Part shown: positions 41,501 through 51,303 of the stretch, piece after piece | How the letters are laid out: the number at the start of each line of letters is the position of its first letter | Position numbering within the stretch: the stretch's first letter is position 1 | NCBI GenBank assembly: GCA_963665235.2 | Contig: CAXXLX010000001.1 | Location: 2,240,001-2,304,000 of the forward strand | Length of the DNA: 64,000 nt | Reading direction: 5' to 3' | DNA from: Candidatus Poribacteria bacterium | GTDB taxonomy: Bacteria; Poribacteria; WGA-4E; WGA-3G | Program-made: the position numbers and the translations under genes | Notes under the pieces: model-generated | The model's database searches: none | What the model was told of the DNA's origin: nothing | The model's input: only the letters and a program-made list of their open reading frames with translations

Positions 41501-44255
41501 CTTCAAGCGATTTCGACATTGCTGCATTCAACAGGGTACCACTAGCAACCAAGGTTTCCTCTGTTTCTGGATGGTGGACAGCCTCAACGGTTACCCGGCC
41601 CTCAATTTTGAAAGCGAGCCCGCCAGCATCTGTAGCGAATTTGAGAATACCGTGCGTTGTCCCACAGTCCTCCTGCGTAATCATGACATCTTGTGCAACA
41701 TCCACTAGTTTGCGCGTTAAATATCCGGAGGCCGCGGTTTTCATTGCGGTATCGACCAACCCTTTCCGTGAGCCGTAGGTTGATGTGAAGTAGTCGAGCA
41801 CATCAAGTCCTTCACGGTAGGAGGACTGAATAGGCGTTGAGAGGATTTCGCCGCTCTGCTTGGATTTCAATCCGACAATTGCACTGATTTGTACGAACGG
41901 ATTTTTACGCGCTCGCGCACCACTCTCTGCCATGAGATGAACGGGACTAAACCCTTCTACCGCCTTGTCTTGCTCGACGAGGTGTGTTTCCGTAGCGGGT
42001 AGCAGCGAGAACAATCGTTCCTCAATTTGTTCAATTGCGGAGAACCATAACCGAATTTTTTCGTTTTCCAGCTCCTCCATCTCGAGGTCACCTTGTTCCA
42101 TCAGGCTTTCGATTTGCGCGTTTGCGTTCGCCAGAATTTCGGTTTTGTCCGGGGGTATCAGATAATCTCGGATACCCGGTGAGATACCGCTCAACGTTGC
42201 GTATTCAAAGCTCAGTGTTTGCAACCTATCTAAGAGTGCGACTGTCTCTGCTGTGCCGAGTTCATTAAAGCAGCGGTTCACAAGTGCGGACAACCGTTTG
42301 CCGCGTGCTTCATTGTTAAAGAAAGGCAGTGCCATCCCAGTTGTCTCATCAGTCCATAGGAGCGGTGTCCCGGCACCGCTGTCTTGCGGCAGTACTTCGT
42401 TGAAAATTACCCTGCCAACGGTGGTGAGAATCGGTTCTCTGTGTCCTTCAAAGAACAGTTGAATTGAGTCGTGGAGTTTCAATGCGCCGCAGCCGTGTGC
42501 GTGCGTCACTTCATCCATAGAAAAATAGCGGCGGCTCGCCCAGGATTCCGCTTTCAATCCTGTAAGTGCTTTCTCCTGAGCGCGTCCTTTTTTCGTGTAT
42601 GCCTCATGTAGCTGCACTGCGGCATCTTCATGCTCTGGCAGTGCCCTTGTGAGAAAACTGGCGCCCAGTATCATATCCAATTCTGGTACCGTGATGGGGC
42701 CACCGTGTGAGGGTTTGAGGATATTGCCGCTGCTGAGCAGTAACATTTTCGCTTCTGCGCGGGCTTCAACTGTCAACGGTACATGTACAGCCATTTGGTC
42801 ACCATCGAAATCGGCATTGAAGGCTTTGCAGACGAGCGGTGGAATTCGGATGGATTTCCCTTCAACGAGAACAGGCATAAAGGCTTGTATGCCGAGCCTA
42901 TGGAGCGTCGGGGGACGATTCAGCAGGACAGGGTGGTCAGCGATGACGGTCTCTAATGCCTCCCAAACGGGGGAATCGGGTGCGACGTGGTCAGTCATAT
43001 ATTGTCCCTGCTTAATCGTTTCTGCCTTTCCGCTGAGCATGAGTTTCTCAATAATAAACGGTTTGAAGAGTTGAACCGCCATCCATTTGGGCAGTCCGCA
43101 CTGATGCAGTTCCAATTCTGGACCGACGACAATAACGCTTCTGCCGGAGTAGTCGACCCGTTTTCCGAGTAGATTTTGCCGGAAGCGTCCCACTTTTCCC
43201 TTCAAGATAGCGGAGAGGGATTTGAGTTCACGGTTTCCTGGGCCTGTTACGCGGCGTCCGTGTCTGCCGTTATCTAGGAAAGCGTCGACAGATTCTTGTA
43301 GCATCCGTTTCTCATTTCGGAGGATTACCTCTGGGGACCGAATGTCTATGAGTTTCTGCAACCGGTTATTACGATTGATGACGCGTCGGTATAGGTCATT
43401 CAGGTCGCTAGTTGCGAATCTACCGCCTTCTAGAGAGACGAGGGGCCGGAGGTTAGGACTGATTACGGGGAGGACTTCGAGTATCATCCATTCTGGACGC
43501 ATGTCGGCTTTTTCGAAGCCGGCGACCATCTTCAGCTTTTTTGAGAGTTTGAGCCGTTTCTGGTGGCTGGACGTAGCTTCAAGTTCCTCTGTCAGTTTTT
43601 CGACCTCTGTGGGCAGGTCGATTTGGCGCAAGAGTTCCTGTATTGCTTCCGCGCCGAGGCCGGCACTGAAGTGTTTCGGAAAATCGCGCTGCTTTGCTAA
43701 CAACTCCGGTTCTGTCAGGATTTCACCTATCTTTAGCTCACAGGCATCATCATGTACCGCTGTTACAATAAATGCTTCAAAGTAGAGTACACGTTCGATT
43801 TGCCGGGAACCGAGTTCTAGGAAAGCCCCGAGTCGTGACGGGATTCCTTTGAAAAACCAGATATGGGAGACAGGCGCGGCGAGTTTGATGTACCCGAGGC
43901 GCTCACGTCTCACCTCCGATTTGGTGATTTCAACGCCACATTGGTCACAAATCACCCCTTTATGCTTAATGCGCTTGTATTTACCACAATTGCATTCAAA
44001 ATCCTTCTGCGGTCCGAAGGTGGCTTCACAAAAGAGGCCTTGGTGTTCAGGTCGAAAACTGCGGTAATTGATAGTTTCCGCTTTTTTGATTTCTCCGCAG
44101 TCACAGGTCCCCATTTCGGGGCAGCCGCCTGCTGGGAAACCTGTCAGATTCCGCCGTTTACAAGACGTGCGTTTCGCCCATTCCTTTATCTGTGCAGGTG
44201 AGGCGATGCGGATGGAGATACGGTTAAACGGCTCTTTCGGATTGGGACGTGCCAT
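38562..44255 (-). CDS. rpoC: RNA polymerase beta' subunit with a very large trigger-loop insertion
   Basis: CNCGKY..CDQC zinc site, NADFDGDQMAVH, bridge helix, IGEPGTQLTMRTFHTGG, GLKENVILGRLIPAGTG. 1897 aa. Confidence 0.98.
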   Translation of the reverse strand: MARPNPKEPFNRISIRIASPAQIKEWAKRTSCKRRNLTGFPAGGCPEMGTCDCGEIKKAETINYRSFRPEHQGLFCEATFGPQKDFECNCGKYKRIKHKGVICDQCGVEITKSEVRRERLGYIKLAAPVSHIWFFKGIPSRLGAFLELGSRQIERVLYFEAFIVTAVHDDACELKIGEILTEPELLAKQRDFPKHFSAGLGAEAIQELLRQIDLPTEVEKLTEELEATSSHQKRLKLSKKLKMVAGFEKADMRPEWMILEVLPVISPNLRPLVSLEGGRFATSDLNDLYRRVINRNNRLQKLIDIRSPEVILRNEKRMLQESVDAFLDNGRHGRRVTGPGNRELKSLSAILKGKVGRFRQNLLGKRVDYSGRSVIVVGPELELHQCGLPKWMAVQLFKPFIIEKLMLSGKAETIKQGQYMTDHVAPDSPVWEALETVIADHPVLLNRPPTLHRLGIQAFMPVLVEGKSIRIPPLVCKAFNADFDGDQMAVHVPLTVEARAEAKMLLLSSGNILKPSHGGPITVPELDMILGASFLTRALPEHEDAAVQLHEAYTKKGRAQEKALTGLKAESWASRRYFSMDEVTHAHGCGALKLHDSIQLFFEGHREPILTTVGRVIFNEVLPQDSGAGTPLLWTDETTGMALPFFNNEARGKRLSALVNRCFNELGTAETVALLDRLQTLSFEYATLSGISPGIRDYLIPPDKTEILANANAQIESLMEQGDLEMEELENEKIRLWFSAIEQIEERLFSLLPATETHLVEQDKAVEGFSPVHLMAESGARARKNPFVQISAIVGLKSKQSGEILSTPIQSSYREGLDVLDYFTSTYGSRKGLVDTAMKTAASGYLTRKLVDVAQDVMITQEDCGTTHGILKFATDAGGLAFKIEGRVTVEAVHHPETEETLVASGTLLNAAMSKSLEEAEVPSVRVRSVLTCETEKGACATCYGTDLSSGRLVNVGEAIGIIAAQSIGEPGTQLTMRTFHTGGVVEDVSERLARKTLAKAAGTVRFRDFIPDRTVRKEGDLWIAKQYEEDSDQPRYKIRTVQHPDCRLEPGELLTEKQYQKALEDFPGFKAELAAHEVTAVNPDIVSTAPELQIGTLLTDRGYVECSRRFSRFRCDAAHYPIKQVTHPDNPLKPGQLLSENEVEEWRDQIRPFDGEWVRQTKTGDILTEDEYPEYLRIQGKGKSNPELPQMYRIQTIMHPSCPFKVGDLLTPEQERQYHLELDEPVYRVTEVSEGVELTVEQELSKAAYDEARQQYKAFEVKRRTNPPYCVTEVHHPECPLKPGEHIPPENLSKLKDKFEGVTVERLKHRLISVHHPECPMEPAIEETETATKWTYLTEKEYKETLKKYPGFEVTSTKGPSAFEVERLYRITAIHHSEEFPAKVGDLITSSESNRFRRNFKGFDAEKLYFLTQENSDAVDDAPAEKVLTDTDYKALVKHHRDTETPLPDIRLAYHILAVHHADCPLTADEQIDEEDYKRAQRQYKGFETERVYKVTKVSDPEIDLTVDEVLSDADYKKVVKASAQTTYKVNTVTHPRCPFKVGHTLSQAEYDAAMKRYPGVEVDGLIPTLRIVLEVDGGKSEPQEHLISPGYSVSVEAEEKVKAQQPLAELHEKTTNLDIVRGIPRVTDLFEARRPKREDAAEIAEIEGYVQLEGQKSGIPQYRIVDGETKSRLYQIPDEKRRVDEGDWVEAGQRLTDGYLNPHDILAIGRTTINGHSLEGEEAVWTYLVDEVQTVYPSGAINDKHIEVIVRQMLTKIRIIDVGDTGFYANDEVSRTLFHTENRRVQEENGTPATGEPVLQSIGKASLSTDSFISAASFQQTTKVLTDAAVEGQVDYLTGLKENVILGRLIPAGTGFSEWQHIEVNHTSLSQTETPPEELAEPVEELAEPVEELES

Positions 44256-44304
44256 GCGTTTTCGCTCCTTTGGTAAATGGTAAATTTGTTAATAGTAAAA
44301 GCTA

Positions 44305-47300
44305 CTACTCTTTTGTCTGCCAGGGTAATTTCATTGACAGTTCAGATTCTAAAGATTCGGTTGTATCCGCCTCCGTGTCTGTCTCGATTGTTTGTTGGAG
44401 AAAACGGAGTGCTTCGCGAATATCTGCTTTCGGTTCCGGTACCTCATCTGTCTCGTCATCTTCTGTGAATTTGACGTTGAGCCCGAGGCTTTGAAGTTCC
44501 CTGACTAAAACGTTGAAGGACTCCGGTGTCCCAGGGGGTATCGGGTTATTGCCTCTGACAATGGATTCATAGATTTTGCTTCTGCCCTTTACATCGTCCG
44601 ATTTGACAGTGAGCATCTCCTGCAAGGTGTGTGCAGCCCCATAAGCCTCCAATGCCCAGACCTCCATTTCGCCGAGGCGTTGGCCTCCGTGTTGTGCTTT
44701 ACCGCCCAGCGGTTGCTGTGTCACTAGCGAGTAAGGTCCAGTTGAACGTGCGTGCATTTTATCAGCGACGAGGTGATTGAGTTTCAGGAAGTAGACATAG
44801 CCTACGGTCACTTCTTGCCCGAACGGTTCGCCGGTGCGGCCATCGTAGAGGATGCTCTTTCCGGACTCTTTCACGCGTTTCGGTAGGTCGGTTTGTGCCA
44901 ACATGTCGAAAACCTCCTCCTCCGTCGCGCCATCAAAGACAGGAGAGGCGACGTAACACCCGAGTTCATGACAGGCTAAACCGAGGTGTATCTCTAGGAT
45001 TTGTCCGACGTTCATTCGGGAGGGAACACCTAACGGGTTCAAAACGATGTCTATAGGCGTGCCATCGGCGAGGTATGGCATATCCTCTTCGGGCAGTATT
45101 TTTGCAACGACCCCTTTATTTCCGTACCGGCCTGCCATTTTATCACCGACAGAAATGGGCCGACGGCTAGCAATGTAAACCTTTACTAATTTGAGTACCC
45201 CGGGTTTCAGCTCTTCACCTGCTTCTAATTTTTGCAGGGCGACCTCTTTTTCCTGGGTATACGCATCAATCCGTCCGCGTGCGATTTGCTGTAAACTTTG
45301 GAGGTATTCCATCGCTTCTTTGTCAGTGATTTGGAGTGCTGCCAATTCGGTATCATCCAACATATTGAGATACGCCTCTGTGAGGGTATCACCTGCTTGC
45401 ATCGCGCCATTTTCGGGGGTAGCTTCAGGAGCAGGGGCGGGAGCGGCGAGCTTCTTCCTGATTAATGTTTCGCGAAGTTCTACCGTTAATCGTTCTTTAA
45501 TCTGTTCCCGTTGTGCCTGCCAGGCCTGCTCAATCTGCTTGCGTTGTGCTTCTTGGCGCCAAGCCGTTCGTTCGCTATTGGGGGTCGCTTGCCGTGCGAA
45601 GACCTTAACGTCGATGACCACGCCTTCAACCCCAGGGCGTGTATACGTGGAGGCATCCTTGACCTCTTTCGCTTTTTCACCGAAAATTGCGTTCAGAAGT
45701 TTCTCTTCAGGCCCGTATTCGCTTTCACCTTTTGGTGAGATTTTACCGACGAGGAGGCTGCCTGTGCCAACGACACTGCCTACGCGAATGATACCTTCAT
45801 CGTCTAATTGTGCCAAACGGGTGCTAGACATATTCGGGATGTCGCGAGTAATTTCTTCATCACCCATTTTGGTTTGCCGCGCCGTTACCTCAAATTCCTC
45901 TATATGGATAGAGGTAAACGTATCGTTTTTGATAAGGGATTCGCTGATGAGTATTGAATCTTCATAGTTATGCCCGCCCCAGGGCATGTAAGCACAGAGA
46001 ATATTCCGGCCGAGGGCGAGTTCCCCCCCTTCAGTTGACGTTCCATCTGCAATGACATCCCCAACTTCAATAACATCGCCAATATTAACGCGGGGCAACT
46101 GATGAATGCAGGTTCCGCTATTACTGCGCCTGAAGTTTTTCAGATGGTAGACATCGTATCCCATTTCACTGAAAGCATGCTCACCCGATTCAACATGAAG
46201 TGCCTCTCCTGTACGAATCAAAATCTCTTCTGCGTCAACACTAGAGACAACGCCACCTCGACGGGCAATAACCATTGCGTTGGCATCCCGCGCAGCGCGA
46301 TGTTCTACGCCAGTCCCCACCCAAGGGGCTTCTGGAGAAATAAGGGGCACTGCTTGCCGTTGGTGGTTCGCACCCATCAAGGCACGGTTCGCATCTTCGT
46401 GCTCTAAAAACGGAACGAGTGCAGCGGAGACACCTACAATCTGCTGTGGAGCAATTCCGACGTAATCCACATCCGACAAATTGTGAAGCGTCACATCCTC
46501 GCCCTTGCGTGTACGGAGCATGCCGCTCTTGTTGCGAGGCGAAATCGCATCTGCGGGAGCAATATTGTACCGGTCTTCAGCATCCGCTGTGAGATAATGT
46601 ATCTCTGAACTGATTTCACCATCTGCTACTGGCCGGTAGGGTGTCTCTAAAAAGCCATACGGGTTGATTCGGGCAAAAGTCGCAAGCGACACAATAAGAC
46701 CGATTGAGGGCCCCTCAGGTGTTTCTAAAGGGCAGACACGTCCGTAATGCGTTCTATGAACGTCCCGGACTGCGGCAGTCGCACGGTCACGGCGAACGCC
46801 CCCAGGACCGATTGCCGAAATTCGACGTTTATGCGTTAATTCGTCTAACGGGTTTATTTGCTGCATGAACTGTGAAAGTTGGTTTGACCCGAAAAACTCC
46901 CGTAACCCGACCATCAAAGGTTTCGGATTAATCAGGTTTTTCGGATTTTTCAAAGATGCCTCTGTCGTTGTGCTCAGCTTTTCACGAGCGGAACGACGAA
47001 TCTGCAAGAGCGCGATGCGGAACTGATTTTCCAAGAGCTCCCCTATCACACGAACCCGACGATTTCCTAAATGGTCTAAGTCGTCAACAAGTCTGTCACC
47101 GTTCCGGACCAGCATGAGATGATAGAGCGTCGCTGCGATATCTTCCGGTCTCAAAATGTGCAGTTCTTCAGGCGGCAGCTCCCCTGTTTCCTCTTGATAT
47201 ATGGCGTGGTCCCCAAGTTGTCTATTTAACTTGTATCGCCCGACTTTCCCTAAATCGTAACGGGCTTTGTCAAAGAAAAGACGCTTGAGGCACTGTGATG

Positions 47301-48330
47301 CAGCGTCAGGTGTCGGAGTATCCCCTGGACGGAGAGCCCGAAATATTTCAATCAACGCGCCTTCTTGCAAGGTAGTACCTGCATAGTCTTTGACGGTATC
47401 GCGCGACAATGTATTCCGCAAAAATCGCAGCATGTGTGCATCGGTTTCAGCCAAAAGCGTCACGTGTGTCACGCCTGTATCCGTGAGGCGATTAAACTCC
47501 GCTTCTGAAAGCCGCGTGTTTGATTCAAGTAAGACCTCGCCTGATTCAGTATCAACTACGGGGTCAGCGATGACGCGGCCGACAATGTTCTGGGTTATCG
47601 GAACAACCTCGGTCTCGCCAAAAAGTTTTAAAATGTCGGCATCGGTTTCCCAGCCGAGGGCGCGTAAAAGGATAGTTGCTGGCAGTTTCCGGCGCCGGTC
47701 TATCCGGACATGGAGGCAGTCCTTCGAATCGAATTCAAACTCAATCCAGGCCCCCCGATAGGGGATAATTTGCCCTGTGGGGAGTTTCTGAACACTAGAT
47801 GGATGCGATTTGTCAAGAAAAATAACACCGGGCGACCGCTGCAACTGATTGACAATAACCCGCTCCGAACCATTGACGATGAACGTCCCGTTTTCTGTCA
47901 TCAGCGGAATATCGCCGAGGTAAACGTCCGCTTGGGTAATGTCAACGACGCGCGTCTGCCCCGTATCGCTATCTTTTTCACGCTCAACGCACATAAGACG
48001 CGCTTGTAAACGGACCTGATAATTAAGCCCGCGTGCCTGGCAATCGACAAGGTCATGCGTCGGTGTACCGAGGGCATAACTCACGAATTCAAGACTTGCA
48101 GTCTCTTTAAAGTCGTAAATCGGAAAAATTTCTTCAAACAGTGCCTGAAGTCCTATTGATTCCCGTTTATCTTCCGGTACAGAACGCTGCATGAACGCGT
48201 CGTAGGACAGCTTTTGAGTCTCAATTAAGTCAGGCAATTCAAGGATAGAAGGGGTCTTGGCAAAGGAGATACGTTCCCGTAAGGCTGCTGGACTTCCATT
48301 TGTTTTTTTATTCGCTGGCATAATTTTCAC
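44305..48330 (-). CDS. rpoB: RNA polymerase beta subunit
   Basis: [38 protein letters not shown] and [17 protein letters not shown] motifs. Confidence 0.98.
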   Translation of the reverse strand: [1341 protein letters not shown]

Positions 48331-48429
48331 CTACTATCGGGCGCAGATGGGGTAATCAACGCTTTTGAATTAGGGTTCCTGCTCGCCTGCCGCCGTTGCT
48401 GGCAGACAGCTAGCTTTCTTCTTAGGTTT

Positions 48430-48459
48430 GTAGGTCAGGTTGAACGAAGAAAACCCGAC
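48430..48459 (+). repeat. GTAG-type REP-like palindrome in the rpoB leader
   Basis: GTAG-GTCAGGTT-GAACGAAGAA-AACCCGAC. Confidence 0.5.
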
Positions 48460-48673
48460 AAGTGGATTTCGGCATTCAGAGACATTTTTGTTAGATGCTA
48501 ATTGCCGAAGCAACCGTTTCTGTGCAAAAACAGTTGCATATTTTTTGAAAAAGTTGTATACTCCGGGCAGAAATAAATTCGCTACTCTATAGGGAAACGT
48601 CCCTATGTTAAAGTTATGCTATATATCAAAATTCAAAAAAAGAGATAACAACATTTCAATAGCGTAACACAAT

Positions 48674-48702
48674 ATTATACACCAATATGTACGAAATGTC
48701 AA
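48674..48702 (-). promoter_or_regulatory. Consensus sigma70 promoter of rpoBC
   Basis: Minus strand TTGACA-17-TATAAT, about 340 nt upstream of rpoB. Confidence 0.75.
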
Positions 48703-48803
48703 GAAAAAATGCAGAAAATTATCAAAAAACTTTATTTTTTAGCTAAATTTTCGCCTGTGAACACGGAAATCCGTTATAGTAACAGTACAGGGATGTAAGA
48801 ATT

Positions 48804-49334
48804 ATGGGAACACTCGGAGCACAATTGCCGGTCAAAGCTATCATCGGCGTACTGACAGCAGAACCACTTTTACTGCCAACCGTTTATCAGGAATTAACAC
48901 AGCACCTCGGTCCCATTGACTTTAGGAGCCAACTTCTTCCGTTCACGAGTACCACCTATTATGAGGCAGAAATGGGACGAGGACTTCAGCGGCAGTTCAT
49001 TAGTTTTGAACGACTTATTCATGCTGAAACGTTGGCAGCTATGAAATTGTTTACAAATCAGGTGGAGCAAACGTTCCTTCGTACAGGGACCTCACAGCGA
49101 CGGGTCAATTTAGATGCGGGGTACGTCTGTATGGCAAAATTAGTCCTCGCCTCTACGAAAGACCACGCCCACCGTATCTATCTGCGGGACGGCATTTACG
49201 CGGAAATCACCCTCCGCTTCTATCGCAAAACGTTCCAACCCTTGGAATGGACCTATCCGGACTACCGGTCCGCCGACTATATCGCTATTTTTAATCAGAT
49301 TCGCACAATTTATAGGGAGGAATGCAACACATGA
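48804..49334 (+). CDS. DUF4416 family protein
   Basis: F..T.YY..EMG, RRVNLDAGY, LASTK.H.HRIYL..GIYAE and WTYPDY motifs. Confidence 0.85.
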   Translation: MGTLGAQLPVKAIIGVLTAEPLLLPTVYQELTQHLGPIDFRSQLLPFTSTTYYEAEMGRGLQRQFISFERLIHAETLAAMKLFTNQVEQTFLRTGTSQRRVNLDAGYVCMAKLVLASTKDHAHRIYLRDGIYAEITLRFYRKTFQPLEWTYPDYRSADYIAIFNQIRTIYREECNT

Positions 49335-50485
49335 AGATATGGACTACTCGAACACCTTTCAGGGGTATGACCGCTTTCATCTTATGCACTTTTTTCACAT
49401 ATTTAGCAGCATTTGCTATCGCTCAACAGCCTGATACACAACGGAAACGTGCCCGCGAACTCGGTATACATATCGGGCGCCTTCCAACCGGTGAATACAA
49501 CGCGATTACAGATGTCACCGGAGTCAAGGTCGGGCATGTTACCCTGAACCGGGGGGACTCTATTCGCACCGGTGTAACGGCTATCCTTCCGAGCGATGAT
49601 ATATGGAAGGTGCGGCTGTTTGGTGCAGCCTATACGATACATGGCAACGGAGAGGCTACCGGCATTGCCCGAATTAATCAAGCCGGATGGATTGAATCGC
49701 CAATTTTGTTGACAAATACGCTCAGCGTCGGTGCCGTCCACGATGGAGTCGTCCGCTATATTGTCAAGCGGTACCCGAACGATAACATTGTGCTTCCGAT
49801 TGTCGCTGAATGCTATGATGGCGGTTTGAATGACATCAGCGGGCTCCACGTAAAACCTGAACATGCAATCGAAGCAATTGAAAAAGCGACATCCGGGCCC
49901 GTAAAAGAGGGAGGTGTCGGCGGCGGCACCGGTATGCGGTCCTACGGTTTCAAAGCTGGCATCGGCACTGCCTCAAGAGTACTCCCACCGGACAGAGGGG
50001 GATGGAAAGTCGGCGTGCTTGTCAACGCTAACGGCGGACGCAGGCATCAGTTACGCATTGACGGTGTACCGGTCGGTAAGGTTATAGAAGCTGAACGGTT
50101 GAAACCGGGTAGAGACGGTTCATTTATTATTGTCATTGCAACCGATGCCCCGCTGACACATCGGCAATTGAAACAGTTGGCAATCCGCGCAACACACGGA
50201 CTCGCTCACACGGGGACACCGAGTACCGACAGCAGCGGTGAATTCGTTATCGCATTTTCAACAGCAAACGTTTTCCCCCGCAGGACCGAAAGCGGCACCT
50301 TTCAGATTCAGATGGTCGTCAACAGCCGCTTAAGTTCACTTTTTGAGGCTGCAATAGAAGCGACAGAGGAGTCCATTATTAACGCAATGACGATGGCAAC
50401 TACAATGACCGGACGAGGTGGCAGGACGATGCACGCTATCCCCCTACAGCGGTTGCAACAGGTCATGAAACAGCATAACCGCTAA
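49322..50485 (+). CDS. DmpA/P1-family (S58) peptidase
   Basis: RARELGI..G.YNAITDV.GV.VGH, RTGVTAI, EGGVGGGTGM, DGSFIIVIATDAP. Confidence 0.9.
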   Translation: MQHMKIWTTRTPFRGMTAFILCTFFTYLAAFAIAQQPDTQRKRARELGIHIGRLPTGEYNAITDVTGVKVGHVTLNRGDSIRTGVTAILPSDDIWKVRLFGAAYTIHGNGEATGIARINQAGWIESPILLTNTLSVGAVHDGVVRYIVKRYPNDNIVLPIVAECYDGGLNDISGLHVKPEHAIEAIEKATSGPVKEGGVGGGTGMRSYGFKAGIGTASRVLPPDRGGWKVGVLVNANGGRRHQLRIDGVPVGKVIEAERLKPGRDGSFIIVIATDAPLTHRQLKQLAIRATHGLAHTGTPSTDSSGEFVIAFSTANVFPRRTESGTFQIQMVVNSRLSSLFEAAIEATEESIINAMTMATTMTGRGGRTMHAIPLQRLQQVMKQHNR

Positions 50486-50600
50486 TTTGAATCATGGGGT
50501 CTCCGCTCGCTTGTGCCTAAGTACACTTGAACTTATACCATTTTTATTAATTATTCTATCATTACCGGTTGTTAGCAATGAAACGGAGAACGGAAGACCC

Positions 50601-50880
50601 AAACTGGAAGTTTATGCTACGATAAAGGGCACAAACTGGAAGTTTATGCTACGATAAAGAGGCACAAACTGGAAGTTTATGCTACGATAAAGAGGCACAA
50701 ACTGGAAGTTTATGCTACGATAAAGAGGCACAAACTGGAAGTTTATGCTACGATAAAGAGGCACAAACTGGAAGTTTATGCTACGATAAAGAGGCACAAA
50801 CTGGAAGTTTATGACGATAAAGAGGCACAAACTGGAAGTTTATGCTAAATAAAGAGGCACAAACTGGAAGTTTATGCTAA
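50601..50880 (-). repeat. Tandem array of ~9 x 33-bp REP-like palindromic units
   Basis: Unit AAACTGGAAGTTTATGCTACGATAAAGAGGCAC. The minus strand reads GTAG-CATAAACT-TCC-AGTTTGTGC. No spacers. Two degenerate copies at ~51117-51180. Confidence 0.9.
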
Positions 50881-51303
50881 CGAGTTGTGCTAAATGACTT
50901 TTTGTACAACATTATTTCACACAAACAGAACGTTTTGTCCGTGCTTCTCATTGGTTTGGACGCTCTTCAGTCCCAGTATTCGGGCAAGCAGCCCGCTCTT
51001 TAAGGACGATATCTTTATAGCTAAGCGTTCCACCTTTCTCTTTAGTCCCATAGGGACGATATGTTTGTATGACAACATCCAATATCTGTGAGAAAAACAA
51101 AAACAACCAGTTAACTGGCACAAGTCATTATGCTACAATAAAGAGGCACAATCTGGAAGATTATGCTACAATAAAGAGACATTTTCAATTAGAAATGGTA
51201 TTAGTTTTTGCGTCATAAGTGTAAGCCCAACCATCGGGCGGGCTGGATATACGTCGGAAAACCCTTTTTGGACAGATAACCCTCAACGAACCGCAAGGAA
51301 ATA

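Noticed and set aside
45191-45967. Long antisense or alternate-frame ORFs over rpoB, rpoC, the sulfatase and others
   Set aside because: Shadow ORFs of conserved genes, with no RBS or motifs.
50601-50880. CRISPR array
   Set aside because: Units are contiguous with no unique spacers, and no cas genes are nearby. ORF 50612-50830 is just the translated repeat.
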